Assembly (NCBI GenBank): GCA_964016885.1
Contig: OZ024741.1
Location: 142,972,001 to 143,036,000 of the forward strand
Length of the DNA stretch: 64,000 nucleotides
Source of the DNA: Eledone cirrhosa
Taxonomy: Eukaryota
Direction: 5' to 3'
The position numbers and the translations under genes are program-made. Shown one piece after another: positions 23,682 through 36,063 of the stretch. Below the pieces are notes generated by a model. The model ran no database searches. It saw only the letters and a program-made list of their open reading frames with translations, and was not told the DNA's origin. Positions within the stretch are counted from its first letter, which is position 1; each line of letters begins with the position of its first letter.

Positions 23682-25908
23682 CTAAAAATGAAATACATTC
23701 AACGCGATTGCCTTCATTACTGACGGCACTGGTCCTCTATTATATATATATCTGTTAGTAACAAAGGGAATACTTCATTTACAGTAGGATTTTATCAACA
23801 ACGACATGTAATAGTTATGCTCGGATCTGTGTGTGATTATTCACGAAATACGATGCCCGGAAGGAATTGAAACAGATAAATAGATATATTTAAAAAAAAC
23901 TGAAACAAAAGTAGGATGAAAGAAAGACCGCGCATGAAGTGAGGAGGGAAGAAAGAGAAAGAATTTAAAGAAAAAAACACAGGAAAGATAGAAAAGAAAG
24001 GCAAAGAAATAAATAGGTAAGAAGGAAGCTATGGCTGTTTTCATCTTCACACTCCATTGATAACCGAAAGCAGGAGGAGTTAAAACTTGAAGTCGAAACT
24101 AATATAGCCAAGGGAGTTAACTCTTGTTGTATTTCAGCATAGCGATTTAAGTTTAGTCAGTCTCAAAGGAAAAATTGTAGTTGAATAAAGCTGCCAACTG
24201 TAAACTACAAGGAAACTACGAAAAGTTTCAGCAGATACTCTTAGCTGCCTATGTTTCTTTCTTTTTTTTTTTTTTAATATCTCGTTTATGCTTTCCCTTT
24301 TTTTTTTTTTTATCTATCTGTCTATCTTATTTTGTGTTTCTTAACTGTAAGGGGCACTAGATACCTCGCCTCGTCTGACATGGCTTACGAGTTCTATATG
24401 GCCGTTAAATTTATAAAATAAACATTAGATCAACACGTGTATTTTCGATAGTGTTGTTGTTGTTGGTTGATGAGTCCTATAATGTGAAGACAACTAAGGC
24501 GTTCGGGTCACGATCGTATGGCCGGGAGTTCGATTTCCTCGGTGGTGCATTGTGTTCTTGAGCAAAACACTCCATTTCACGTTGCTCCAGTCCACCCAGC
24601 TGGCAAAAAATGTGTTATAGGTGTATATAATTTAAAGGGCCCGCCTTGTCACATCTTGTATCACGCAGGATTTCCCTGAGAATTATATTAAGAGCTACAC
24701 GTCTGTGGAATGCTGAGCCACTTGCACGTTCATTTTTCAAGCAGGCTGCTCTGTTGATCAACTGGAGCACTCTTAGTTGATACTGACGGAAGGTAGTTAG
24801 GGAATAAATTATTTTTTATTTTTAAAAAATCTTCTTTTGTCTCCCGTAGGCCCCCCCCCCTTTTTTTTATCTCTAGAACATAACAAAGCTTCTTACATAT
24901 GATTATGATGGAAGGTTTGTAGATAAATAGAAACACTTTACATCAACCAGCTTTGTATCATAGAGGCCCGGACCAGTTTCAGGTGGTTTGGTATCAAACA
25001 GGTTTAAATCATTTCTGTTAACTAATCATAGGGATAATTTTGAATAAACTGACCTCAGTATATTACTGGTACATGGATATTTGGCATTGGCATTTATACT
25101 TATATATAATCCAAATAGAATTATGGGTCAGAGATCAAATGTTAAATGGCAAGAAACACTGTTACTGTCACAGTTACCTTCATTGTGTGGGGCTTTTGTG
25201 TAATGTATAGGATTGAAACTTTGATACTCAGTTAACTGTTGGGTGTTCTTACTTGTGGTGTTCAAAACAGCTGCCATCCCATTCAACAGGTATATTTATT
25301 ATCCAGGTGGATAGGATACAATGTTGTAGCAATTTTGTGTTTACAAGATGAATCTAACCACCAGATACCCACAGTAAAGCTAGCCATCAGATGTCTATAA
25401 GATATAATTGTTCACCAGATGTCCACAAGATATTTCTGTCCACCAGTTATTCATACAATAAAACTGTCGAGATGTCAACAAAAGAAAAAGGACCAAGAGG
25501 TATCCACAAGATACAACTGACCAAAATATGTCCACAAGAAGAAACTGACAACCATGTACTCACAAGACAAAACCGAATAATAGATGTTTACAAGGTCTAA
25601 CTAGCCACAGTAAACCCTTGCCAGAAAATGTTAAAAAGATGAAACTGGCCACAAGATGTTCACATGATAAAACTGGTCAACATGTAAAACACTATTAAAG
25701 ATAACCACCACCATATACACACACACACGTGCACATACACACGCTACAAATAGACAAGAATAGCAATTGAGAAGGTCACAATTAAACCACCACTTGGTTA
25801 CTAAGCTAACCAAGGAATGGATTATTTACATAACTAATAATAAAACTGAAGTGAAATAACTGATACATGTGTTTTTATTGACAGTATGACCCTCCCAGAA
25901 TATAATAA

Positions 25909-25953
<45 letters not shown>

Positions 25954-26298
25954 TTACCACTGGAAACTAAGGTTGCCTGGTATGAGTAGGTGATAAGTAG
26001 GAAAGTTTGTGTTTTGTCCTGATCCTCTATTTAAATTCCCTCTCCCTCTAAATTTATATCTATTTTATATAAAAATGACTTCTAGAAGACTAGAACCGTT
26101 TCATTCATATTATGATAATTTCATATGAATGAAACAGTTCTAGCCTTGTAGAGGTAATTTCTATATAAAGTAAAGAGGCCTATATTCTACTAATGTATTG
26201 AGTACCCTTTTTAACTGGGGTCAGCTCCCAATACCTATCAGGAATCGACTATGTATATGCGTGTGTGTGTATTTATATATATATGTATATATATATAT

Positions 26299-26330
<32 letters not shown>

Positions 26331-26350
26331 TCATATACACACACACTACA

Positions 26351-26747
26351 CTACACCTCTCAAAGTCAATGACACACGACCGTGACTTCTGGCGTCACGC
26401 AGTAATACAGGGTACCCGACCTCCCATGGGTACATGCTGAAGCATATAAACAATATGCCCCCACTCCCCCCACCGCAAGGTGGTCGTGGAGGTGCCACGG
26501 CAAAAAAGCACCCAGCCCACACTGTAAAGTGGACGTGTAGGCGCCACGAAAAAGCACCCAGCACTCACTGTAAATGAGGTTGGTGTTAGGAAGGGCATCC
26601 AGCTGTAGAAATCAAGCCAGATCAGTTCCTGTATGAGCAAGGCATGGTCAGCCGACCAGACACTGCCCACAACAGGACAACCCGTCTAACCCATGCTAGC
26701 GTGGAAGAACGGACGTAAAACGGTGATGATGATGATGATGATGATGA
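26351..26747 (+). mobile_element. 5'-truncated RTE-B copy: ORF C-terminus plus ~300-nt 3' UTR
   Basis: LHLSKSMTHDRDFWRHAVIQGTRPPMGTC* (stop 26438-26440), two module units, then cccgtctaacccatgctagcgtggaagaacggacgtaaaacgg(tga)n. Near-identical to 35692-36063. Confidence 0.85.
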
Positions 26748-28039
26748 CACACATATATATATATATGGACCTGTGTTTTAGCTGTAGAAACCAAACCCAA
26801 ATACATGTCCGTCTGAGCAAAACATGGTCACTGGATCTAACTTGTCTCATAACATGACAACCTGTCTAACCTATGGAAGTGTGGAAAAATAGACGTTAAA
26901 TCATGATGATGATTAACAGTTTGACTTGACTCTGAACTATCAGCGGTTTCAAGAAGAAAACATGTTAAGAGAGAGAGAAAGAGAGATACATACATTTATA
27001 TGTAAATATACAATGTACCCCCGACATTTGCGGTCCTGGTTATTTGCAGAATTTTCCCTAGAACCTAACTAATAATTGTTTGTGGAAACCACCACGTATT
27101 TTCAGAATCATAAATATCTTCCGCGGTTTTTAAAATGTTTTTTTTTCGTGGCAATATATATATATTTTTTAACGCTAAATTATTAACAATATACCGTATT
27201 TGCTGGCGTATTGGACGTCCCTTTACATGATGTTCCCCTTTTTTAAAGATTATATTATATATCATATTTTGACGTTTATATTATATATCATATTTTGACT
27301 ATGTCCAATATTTGCTGTTTTTCACTCTTCGCGGCTGCTCTAGGAATGTACCCCTCACGAATACCGGGGGGGGGGGGGGGGACGACAACAACTGTATATA
27401 TATTCCTACAATATGACTGAGTGAATCCATGATAAAAGCCATTCCTTTCCTGACCATCCTGTTTTCTTATCAGGCAGTGTTTATCCAAGACTACATTATC
27501 TAATGTATTCTTTTTTTGGACAGTAGGGTGACATTTGAGGGAAACTTGGCTACTGTTTCTACCATATCAAGCAACAGTATACACACACCCTCATCAGCTG
27601 GTTGCTACATTCATGTGGTCTGGTACATAGCACTGGAGATGTCAGCTGGGCCAGTTAGTGTGGAATTACCATTTTGAAAGGTATTCTTCCACTGTTCAAC
27701 TCTTTCATGACCATATTTTTAATGCAATACACTATTTTAATTAATTAATGAAGAATTTTTAGGAATTTACTAAAATTATTAATTATTTCATTACTAAGAT
27801 AGTATTTTAATGTAAGGTTCTTATATAAAGTTATGTTGGAAGATTTTAATTTGAATTGGAAACCTTTATTTCATAGAACTAGAGCCAGTTTTGGCTGGGT
27901 TGGTAGACAAAGAGGCTCCTTTGATAGATACCCTTTTTTTATAAATTGTTCTAGGTTTTTCATTCTGTAGTTTCTTGTATCTACATCAAGTACAATACAT
28001 GTACATGTCTATACCCATATACACATAAATATATGTTAT

Positions 28040-28235
28040 GTCAGGTCGCTTTTGAGTGCTACTGCTAACATATAGCCCAGTACAACCTGTCACATGGTTA
28101 AGTCATTGGTGAATAAACCAACAACCCTACCAAGCTTCCATGGTGAGGAAGGCAATATTTGTACACCCTACAGGGTGAAAAACAATACATGTCAAAGGGC
28201 AGAGAAACTCAGGCAGGTCAACAACCGATAGTATG
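28040..28235 (+). repeat. Dispersed ~190-bp repeat, possibly a LINE 5'-UTR fragment
   Basis: gtcaggtcgct..t.ag.gctactg.taacat.ta.cc.agtacaac...ggtgagga.gg...aaaaacaa...gtcaaaggg also at ~30653-30825 (+) and ~34300-34492 (-). All three start next to TA-rich runs. LINE origin is inference. Confidence 0.7.
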
Positions 28236-28589
28236 TACAGATGTATATATTATGTTTGTGTGTATGTATGTTTTTTGTGGCACCACTGAGCACCAGTACA
28301 GGACTTGATGCTCTAATGGAGACAATGTGCATTGTATGGCACAGATAACTGACCGTTTTAAACAAATCATTTGTGCAAGTTTGGTAAATCAACTATGTAC
28401 CTTGGCAACTCGTGTGCCTTATAAATACTATGGCGATGAAGAAACTGCAAAAGGTTTGAAGATACATATATGAAATCATAACATGTGATATTTGCTGAAT
28501 GCTTGTCTATCATTTATGATGGGAGGAGTCCATCCACATATATATTTAGCATTGATTATTAATATACATGACTCTAACCACTAAGCTAT

Positions 28590-28927
28590 GGAGGCACATG
28601 GCTTAGTGGTTAGAGCATTGACCTTGCAATCGAAAGGTTGTGAGTTCAATTCTCAGACTGGGTGATGTGTTGTTTCCTTGAGCAAGACACTTTATTTCAC
28701 ATTGCTCCAGTTTACTCAGCTGTAGAAATGAGATGATAGAAACTGGGGTCCCTATCATTCCATTGCAAAGTGGTCGTGAAGGTGCCACGGCAAAAAAGCA
28801 CCCAGCACTCACTGTAAATGAGGTTGGTGTTAGGAAGGGCATCCAGCTGTAGAAATCAAGCCAGAATCAGTTCCCGTCCCACCCTTGCAAGCAGGGAAAA
28901 GCGGACGTAAAAAATTGATGATGATGA
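28590..28927 (+). mobile_element. Full-length young chimeric SINE (family A)
   Basis: A-box TGGCTTAGTGG, B-box GAGTTCAATTC, CORE-like tccttgagcaagacact, RTE-B 3'-UTR block, then 40 nt identical to RTE-A 8350-8389 and a (TGA)n tail. Confidence 0.92.
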
Positions 28928-30089
28928 CAAGTTGTTTGAAGTACAAGCCTCTATCTTACATCTTGCATGGGTCAATTGTCAGCTGACCGAGAAGGTGGGC
29001 TACATTTCCCATTTGGCTTGGGTATATTACCAGTTCTGCATGAGCTAGTATGTCACTACAATATATTGTAATCTATTCTACAATATTATGGAGTTTGAGC
29101 TACAGGGACCTCTATATGTTTCATAAGACCATGGATATGTTCTTAGAGAGTTTTTCTTTCAAGCACACACCTGGGCAAGGTTTTTTCATTTTTTTTTTCT
29201 GTAAGGCTAGCAGCTGTGTACGTATACAAGTCTTCCCTTTCTAATTTTTACCCATGCTCATGGTGTTATTTAGGGGAAAAGCAAGAGCCAATACAGCTTA
29301 GCTTCAGTGATGTCACAAGTAAACACAGAAGGAAAAGGGCTGTAAGAGATAACACAAAGGTCAAGTCTGAAGCTCTAACTGGTATTTGATTTATTAACTC
29401 CTGAAAGGATGAAAAACAAAGTTGACCTCAGCAGGATTTGAACTCAGATTGCAAAGGGATGGAATGCATACCATAAGGAATTCAACACTCAAACAACTTT
29501 GTAGTCTAATATACACATGCCAACACAATATGCTATAACCCACACTGATGAGATGTTTGTTTTTTGTGGAAGACCAGCAGTTGCCAATGCATGCCACAAT
29601 GTTGTCCAAGGGAAAAGCAAAGGCTAACAGAGCTTGGTACCAGTATCATAACAACTCTTGATCCAACTGTATGAACTGGAGCAACATGAAATAAAGTGAT
29701 TTGCTAAAGGACACAAAGCACCACCTGGTCCAGGAATCAAATTCACAACCTCATGATTGTAAGCTTAAGGCTCTAATCCCTAAGCCACGTGCCTTCATGT
29801 GTGTGTGTACGTGTGTATATATATACACACATACACACCACTACAATGTACTACAACCTTATACATGTTATAATAAGGTGTGGTATACAACGCTACAATA
29901 TTCTATAATCTACTTCACATTATGATGAAGCAAGGTATACAACATTATGATGTACTATAACTTGCCATCTAATATCATGCTGTACCAAACATTAGCTATT
30001 TCCAGAGTAACAAGAATCACTATTTAACCTCAATAAAATGAACTCCGTATTAAGTACTTTCTCTCAGCCATCAACCACATATGGATATA

Positions 30090-30620
30090 TCATCATCATC
30101 ATCCAGTTTTTGATTATGCAGGACACAATTAATCCTTACATAGGGGTGGGTCCTGCCTGACAGCGCTCCTTAGCGTCCTGCTCTATATATTTCTGTCCGC
30201 CGGTCACATGGGTCAGGCCAAGCCTAGCTTGATCCTGATGGACATCCTCCATCCAAGTCCTTTTTAGTATTCCTGGGCCTCTACTGCCTCCTGGATCGAC
30301 ATTCATCACTTTGCTGATCAAGCTTTCACTGCATTCGACATGACTGTACCAGCGCATGTGTCTTGTGCAAGCACACCCTTGAGGTCGTCGATCACAAGTC
30401 TTTTCAGGAGTTCAGTTGAGCTATCATCATCCGTGGTCACACCGCACATCCAGCAAATCCTAGCTCTGTCATTTCTCCTGAGTTGAGTCAGAGTCGGATG
30501 ACCAGGTCTTACTGGCAAGGAGCAACACGCTTCTCACACAGGCGTTGTAAATCTGCCCCTTGGGTTACTAATGGCAGCGAGCGTGTCTCAATGATTGGGA
30601 GAAGCTGCCTAAACTTGTTC
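30090..30620 (-). mobile_element. Decayed 3' fragment of another RTE family
   Basis: Minus-strand LRRNDRARICWMCGV...RWYSHVE...KRTWMEDV, plus a (GAT)n tail at ~30090. Confidence 0.75.
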
Positions 30621-31181
30621 TATGTATGTTTATATGTTTATATAGATATATATGTCAGGTCGCTCTTCAGCGCTACTGGTAACATGTAACCTAGTACAAC
30701 TCATGCATGGTTGGGTCATTGGCGATTAAACCTTGCTTGGTGAGGAGGGATTTGGACATTCTATGGGATGAAAAACAAATTCCGTCAAAGGGTGAAGGAA
30801 CTCAGGAGAGGCAACGGCCATCCAATAAAGTTTGTTTTTTTGTGGAGCAAGAGACTCCTTGTCTTCATTAAGACACCTTTCTAGAAGGTCACTCTGAAAT
30901 AAAACCTGCAATTTTGTTTGCATCCAAAGATGTAAACCATTCTTCTTTTTGGGCAAATACATTCAATGTTCAGAGAGTGGGATTGGCCCTGAGCAAAGCA
31001 AAGCCTTTTCTCACTTAAAAAGCTTCAAGTACAGGGATTGCTTGATATGTGGCATTTTTTGCAATGCATGGTATTGTTGGCCATAGGCAAGTCCCTAGCA
31101 GGACTAAAAAGCCACGTCTGTGATGCTTATACTCAAGTATCAAGTGATGGTATTACTCGAAATAGTTGCAGCCTTCACATA

Positions 31182-31395
31182 TCATCATTTCATTTTACGT
31201 CCGCTTTTTCCCTGCTTGCAAAGGTGGGACGGGAACTGATTCTGGCTTGATTTCTACAGCTGGATGCCCTTCCTAACACCAACCTCATTTACAGTGAGTG
31301 CCGGGTGCTTTTTTGCCGTGGCACCTCCACGACCACTTTGCAGTGGAATGATATGGACCCCAGTCCCTATCATCTCATTTCTACAGCTGAGTAAA
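31182..31395 (-). mobile_element. 5'-truncated SINE A
   Basis: Near-identical to the 3' 210 nt of 32053-32390. Confidence 0.9.
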
Positions 31396-31440
31396 TATAT
31401 ATGCATGTATATGTTTATATAAATGTAGATATATATATAT

Positions 31441-33721
31441 CATCATCATCATCATTTAACATCCATTTTTCCACATTAACATAGATTAGACAAGTCTTGT
31501 GAGAAATGCCAGATCAGGTGATCATGTCTCATACAGAACTGATTTTGGCTTGGTTTCTACAGCTGGATGCCCTTCCTTATGCCAATCACATTTTCAGTAA
31601 GTACTGGGTGCTTTTTGTTATGACATCTATACAACCACTTTACAGTGTGGGCTGGAGGCTTCACTAGATGTATGTTTCAGCCTGTCTGCATGGGAGATGG
31701 ATGGAAGGGTGGGTTGGAGGTGGAGCATACAATATATATGCTTCAGCTTCAACCTGTGCCCATAGGAAGGCAAGTTTTCTGTATTACTGCATAAGGCCAG
31801 AGATCTTGGTTCTCTGTCATCGTCTTTGAGAGTTGCAATTGAGCAAGATCAGCTTTTATCACCTCATCCCAAGTCTTCCTAGGTCTCCCCACTCCAAGGC
31901 TTCCATTGATTTTGAACGTTCTGCACCTTTTTATACAGCTGTCATCCTTCATATACATCACATGTCCATACCAATGCAATCTCCTCTCCTGCACACTGCA
32001 TTTGATTCCTCATGTGCCTAGTTTCTCTCTCAGTTCTTTTATGCTTTGCTGTTCATCATCATTTCATTTTACGTCCGCTTTTTCCCTGCTTGCAAAGGTG
32101 GGACGGGAACTGATTCTGGCTTGATTTCTACAGCTGGATGCCCTTTCTAACACCAACCTCATTTACAGTGAGTGCTGGGTGCTTTGTTGCCGTGGCACCT
32201 CCACGACCACTTTGCAGTGGAATGATATGGACCCCAGTCCCTATCATCTCATTTCTACAGCTGAGTAAACTGGAGCAATGTGAAATAAAGTGTCTTGCTC
32301 AAGGAAACAACACATCACTCGGTCTGAGAATTGAACTCACAACCTTTCGATTGCAAGGCCAATGCTCTAACCACTAAGCCATGTGCCTTCATGTATATTA
32401 TTATTACACATCCATCGAAGTATGCAAGCTTCATTGCTTTCCAATCTTCGTAAATCTTCTGCACACAGTGCCCAAGCCTCCCTACCATTTAACATTGCTG
32501 TTCATATTCATACATCATACATCATATAGTCTGCCTTTCATTTTGAGAAAGGTCTTTTGTAGCTAGCAGTGATAGTAGATCCCTGAACTTCTTTCATCCT
32601 GTTCTCACTCTGGCTACTGTACTTTCAGAACACCCACTTTCACTGCTAATTTGGTCACACAGGTAGCAGAAGCTATCCACTGCTACTACCAAACCTTGGA
32701 TTTTCATAGTGCTTGTTTCCTGTGGTCGCTTGTTGCTTACTGCTCCTGTGCAAAGACTACATGTAAAACCTACATTCTTAGCTAAACTTCCTCTCTACAT
32801 CTCTTGTGTTTGCATTTGGGACAGAGGGTGGAATTGTTTCTAGGCTATGCCTCCAGGTTTGGAATTTCTTCTTTTGTTCCACCATAGACTCAGCTATGAG
32901 TGTAAGATCATCTGAGTACAGGAGATCCCATGGGTAGCTGGTCTTAAATTCCTCTGATATAGCCTGCAATATGATAATAAACAGGAGAGGGCTAAGAACA
33001 GAGCCCTGGTGGATGCCAGCCTACATGCTAAATTCCTCACTATAGTCGCTGTAATCCTACCTTTGCAGACTGCTCCCATATACATGGCTTGTACAGCCTT
33101 CACAAGCCACTCATCTACTCCAATTTTTCTAAGAACCCATCAGATTATGGCACAGGGCACTCTATCAAAAGCTTTCGCCAAATCAACAAATGCCGGGTAG
33201 AGCGGCTTACTTTTAGCTTGATACCTTTCCTGTAACTGCTTCACCAGGAAGAGAGCATCTGTGTTGTTTTTACCTGTTACAAATCCAAACTGCATCTCAT
33301 CTAGATTAACCCAGTCCCTAATCAGCTGTGCTAAAACTCCTGTTACTTTCATGACCTGGTCCATCAGCTTGAGGCCTCAATCTTGTGAATCTCCTTTACC
33401 CTTGTAGCAGTTGACAATGATGCTACTGCACACCATTTGGTATTACTTAATTTACAATATGAGTGGTTAAGGTGTGACCTATTGACCCAGATGCTTTCTC
33501 GGTCGTCATATTCTTAATTGCCTTACTACACTGCTGCTGATTTGTATGGCTGGGCCCTCTGTAGGATCCACATACGGTAGGGTCTCTCTCTTCTATGTAT
33601 TCTCCTCATTCAGTAATCTTTCATAATGGCTCTTTCATGCAGCTTTCTTTTCGGTGTCTGTGAGGACAAGTGTGCCTTTATCATCGCAGACACACTTCTC
33701 ACCAATGGCATCATCCTCATC

Positions 33722-33723
<2 letters not shown>
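31441..33723 (-). pseudogene. Decayed RTE-B LINE (RT region to 3' tail) with a nested SINE A
   Basis: Minus-strand GEKCVCDD, DEMQFGF, DLAKAFDRV, YSDDL, RRLHWYGHV, KTCLPMGTG*, then the same module-bearing 3' UTR as 26441-26747. Confidence 0.88.
32053..32390 (-). mobile_element. Full-length SINE A nested in RTE-B
   Basis: Near-identical to 28590-28927 and 50070-50410; the LINE sequence resumes on both sides. Confidence 0.92.
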
Positions 33724-33752
<29 letters not shown>

Positions 33753-34544
33753 CATATATATATATAAACCGAGCCAATATCAGTCCTGTATGAGCAAGAC
33801 ATGGTCACCTGACCTAGCATTGACCACAACAGGACAACCCATGCTAGTGTGGAGACACACATATATAAATATATATACGCATAGAGACATACATGTATAT
33901 ATACACGATGGCTACCGCCTCGATAACGAGTATGGCCATTGCACAATATAACATTATTAATAATTATCAATTAATGCTATCGTGCAATACCTGTGCGTGA
34001 AGATTTTTTAAGGTGAGGAAAGACTGTGCACTGGGCTGATCCCACTCTCTGAGCAACAGTAGCTATAACAGGAAAAGAAGAAAATATCAACATCATCGGT
34101 AACTATTGAGCCACAGGTTTTATGTCGGAGTTATCCCAGTTTCCTGAGTTGCCTTCTCCTAGAAGAATGCCCTGACAAAGGCTAGGGGTCCTTCACTCCC
34201 AGTGGTTTAACCGCACGATCGGGTATCCAGCCCGAATATTTCTCTGTCTCTGCGCATAGATATACATATGTATACATGTATACACATATTTACACATTTT
34301 TGGATGGCCGTTGCCTCTTATGAGTTCTTCTGCCCTTTATCAGGTTTTGTTTTTTGTCCTGCAGGATGTCCAAAATCACCCTCCTCACCAAGTAAACTTG
34401 GTGGGGTTGCTGGTTTAGTTGCCGATGACCTGACCATGCGACAGGTTGTACTGGGTTACATGTTACTAATGGCACTCAAGAGTGACCCGATATACAACAT
34501 ATATATATATATACACGTACAAATATATATATATATACACACAC

Positions 34545-35105
34545 ACAAGGTTTGTCCTAAAAGTAATGGTACTGATTTTCCTATGTACAACATGGTAATG
34601 CACCACCTCAATATATATAGGCGTTTTGGTTATGATGTTGCTGTGCATACATACTTGTTTCAAGATGATAGATTGTGTCAGCCAAGAGTTATTACAGTTT
34701 ATGTACAGACATGTTTATAACCTCTGTTATGTTTGTGATACAGGAAAATATCAAACAATGGTACGCGATCACATTTTATGTGAAACTCAACAAATCTGCC
34801 ACTGAAACAATTAGTTCTTTAAAATATAGTTCACAGAATTTTAACAGACCATTTGCTCATGCACAAAGTTTGGGCAAAACTAGTGCCCAGACATTTGCTT
34901 GTGGAGCAAAAAACAAGCCAGTTAGAAATTTGTCAGGATTTGCTAGAAAGACTCAAAATCGAGCTAAATTTCTTGGATAAAGAATAATAGAGTGTTCAAG
35001 TAGGATCCAGAGACAAAAGGGCAAAGTAAGGAGTGCAACACAAAAAATTCTCCTCATCTGAAGAAAGCATGAGCAGATCCAGAGTGAAAGCAGACATTTT
35101 TTGCT
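34545..35105 (+). mobile_element. Mariner (Tc1/mariner) transposon remnant
   Basis: TIR-like caaggtttgtcctaaaagtaatggtactgatttt; N-terminal HTH QWYAITFYVKLNKSATET; later DPETKGQSKEC...SPHLKKA resembles mariner YDPETKRQS..W..SPRPKK. Internally deleted. Confidence 0.8.
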
Positions 35106-35691
35106 TAAACTTTTAATCTGTGTTAATAAATATTTGCTTTACAGGTTTATATATACGACTGTTATCGAGTCCTCTCTGGATTTTGGTCTTTGTATTTATT
35201 ATTATTACACAACACACATACATATATCATTAATTTTTAAAAAGTGGGCAAAGACAACGGGAAAACTCCTGATACGCAGGACAGTCTCTTCTCATCACTC
35301 GACCTCTGGAGGTCCTTGTGATTTCAGTGCATTAATATATATATACAGGTATGGCATGTATGGTCTTGTAACTCCTAATAGAGTCAGAGGAGCGGTGTAT
35401 GGCATACAGCGTTTCTAGGGTATTTTAAGCTTGTTGGAGCTCATCCCTCTCCAGGTCTGAACAAAGTAGATTTCTTCCAGAGAAGGCTAGAAAGTGAGCG
35501 AGAGGAAGTGTGAAAGAGATATAGAAGACAATTGACCTCAGCACTAGACTGGTACTTTTTCATCCACCTAGAAAGGATGAAAGTTGACCTCGGCAGGATT
35601 TGAACTCAGAGGGTAGGGAGCCGAAATGAATACTGCAAAACCCTCTATCTGATGTTCAAAGGACACTGCCAATTCACTGCCTTTATATATA

Positions 35692-36063
35692 TCATCATCA
35701 TCATCATCATCACCGTTTTACATCTGTTCTTCCACGCTAGCATGGGTTAGACGGGTTGTCCTGTTGTGGGCAGTGTCTGCTGACCATGCCTTGCTTATAC
35801 AGGAACTGATTTGGCTTGATTTCTACAGCTGGATGCCCTTCCTAACACCAACCTCATTTACAGTGAGTGCTGGGTGCTTTTTCGTGGCGCCTACACGTCC
35901 ACTTTACAGTGTGGGCTGGGTGCTTTTTTGCCGTGGCACCTCCACGACCACCTTGCAGTGAGGGGTGTGGGGGCATATTGTCTATATGCTTCAGCTTGTA
36001 CCCACGGGAGGTCGGGTACTCTGTATTACTGCGCGACGCAGAGAGGTCACGGTCGTGTGTCAT
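35692..36063 (-). mobile_element. 5'-truncated RTE-B copy
   Basis: Reverse complement of 26370-26747 with few differences; TA runs on both flanks. Confidence 0.9.

Noticed and set aside
28590-28665. tRNA gene
   Set aside because: A/B boxes are present but there is no acceptor stem and the sequence runs into a SINE body; the same applies to the other heads.
32138-32377. Recurrent 79-aa ORF MPFLTPTSF... (three copies)
   Set aside because: Antisense translation of SINE A; the identity reflects recent copying, not coding selection.
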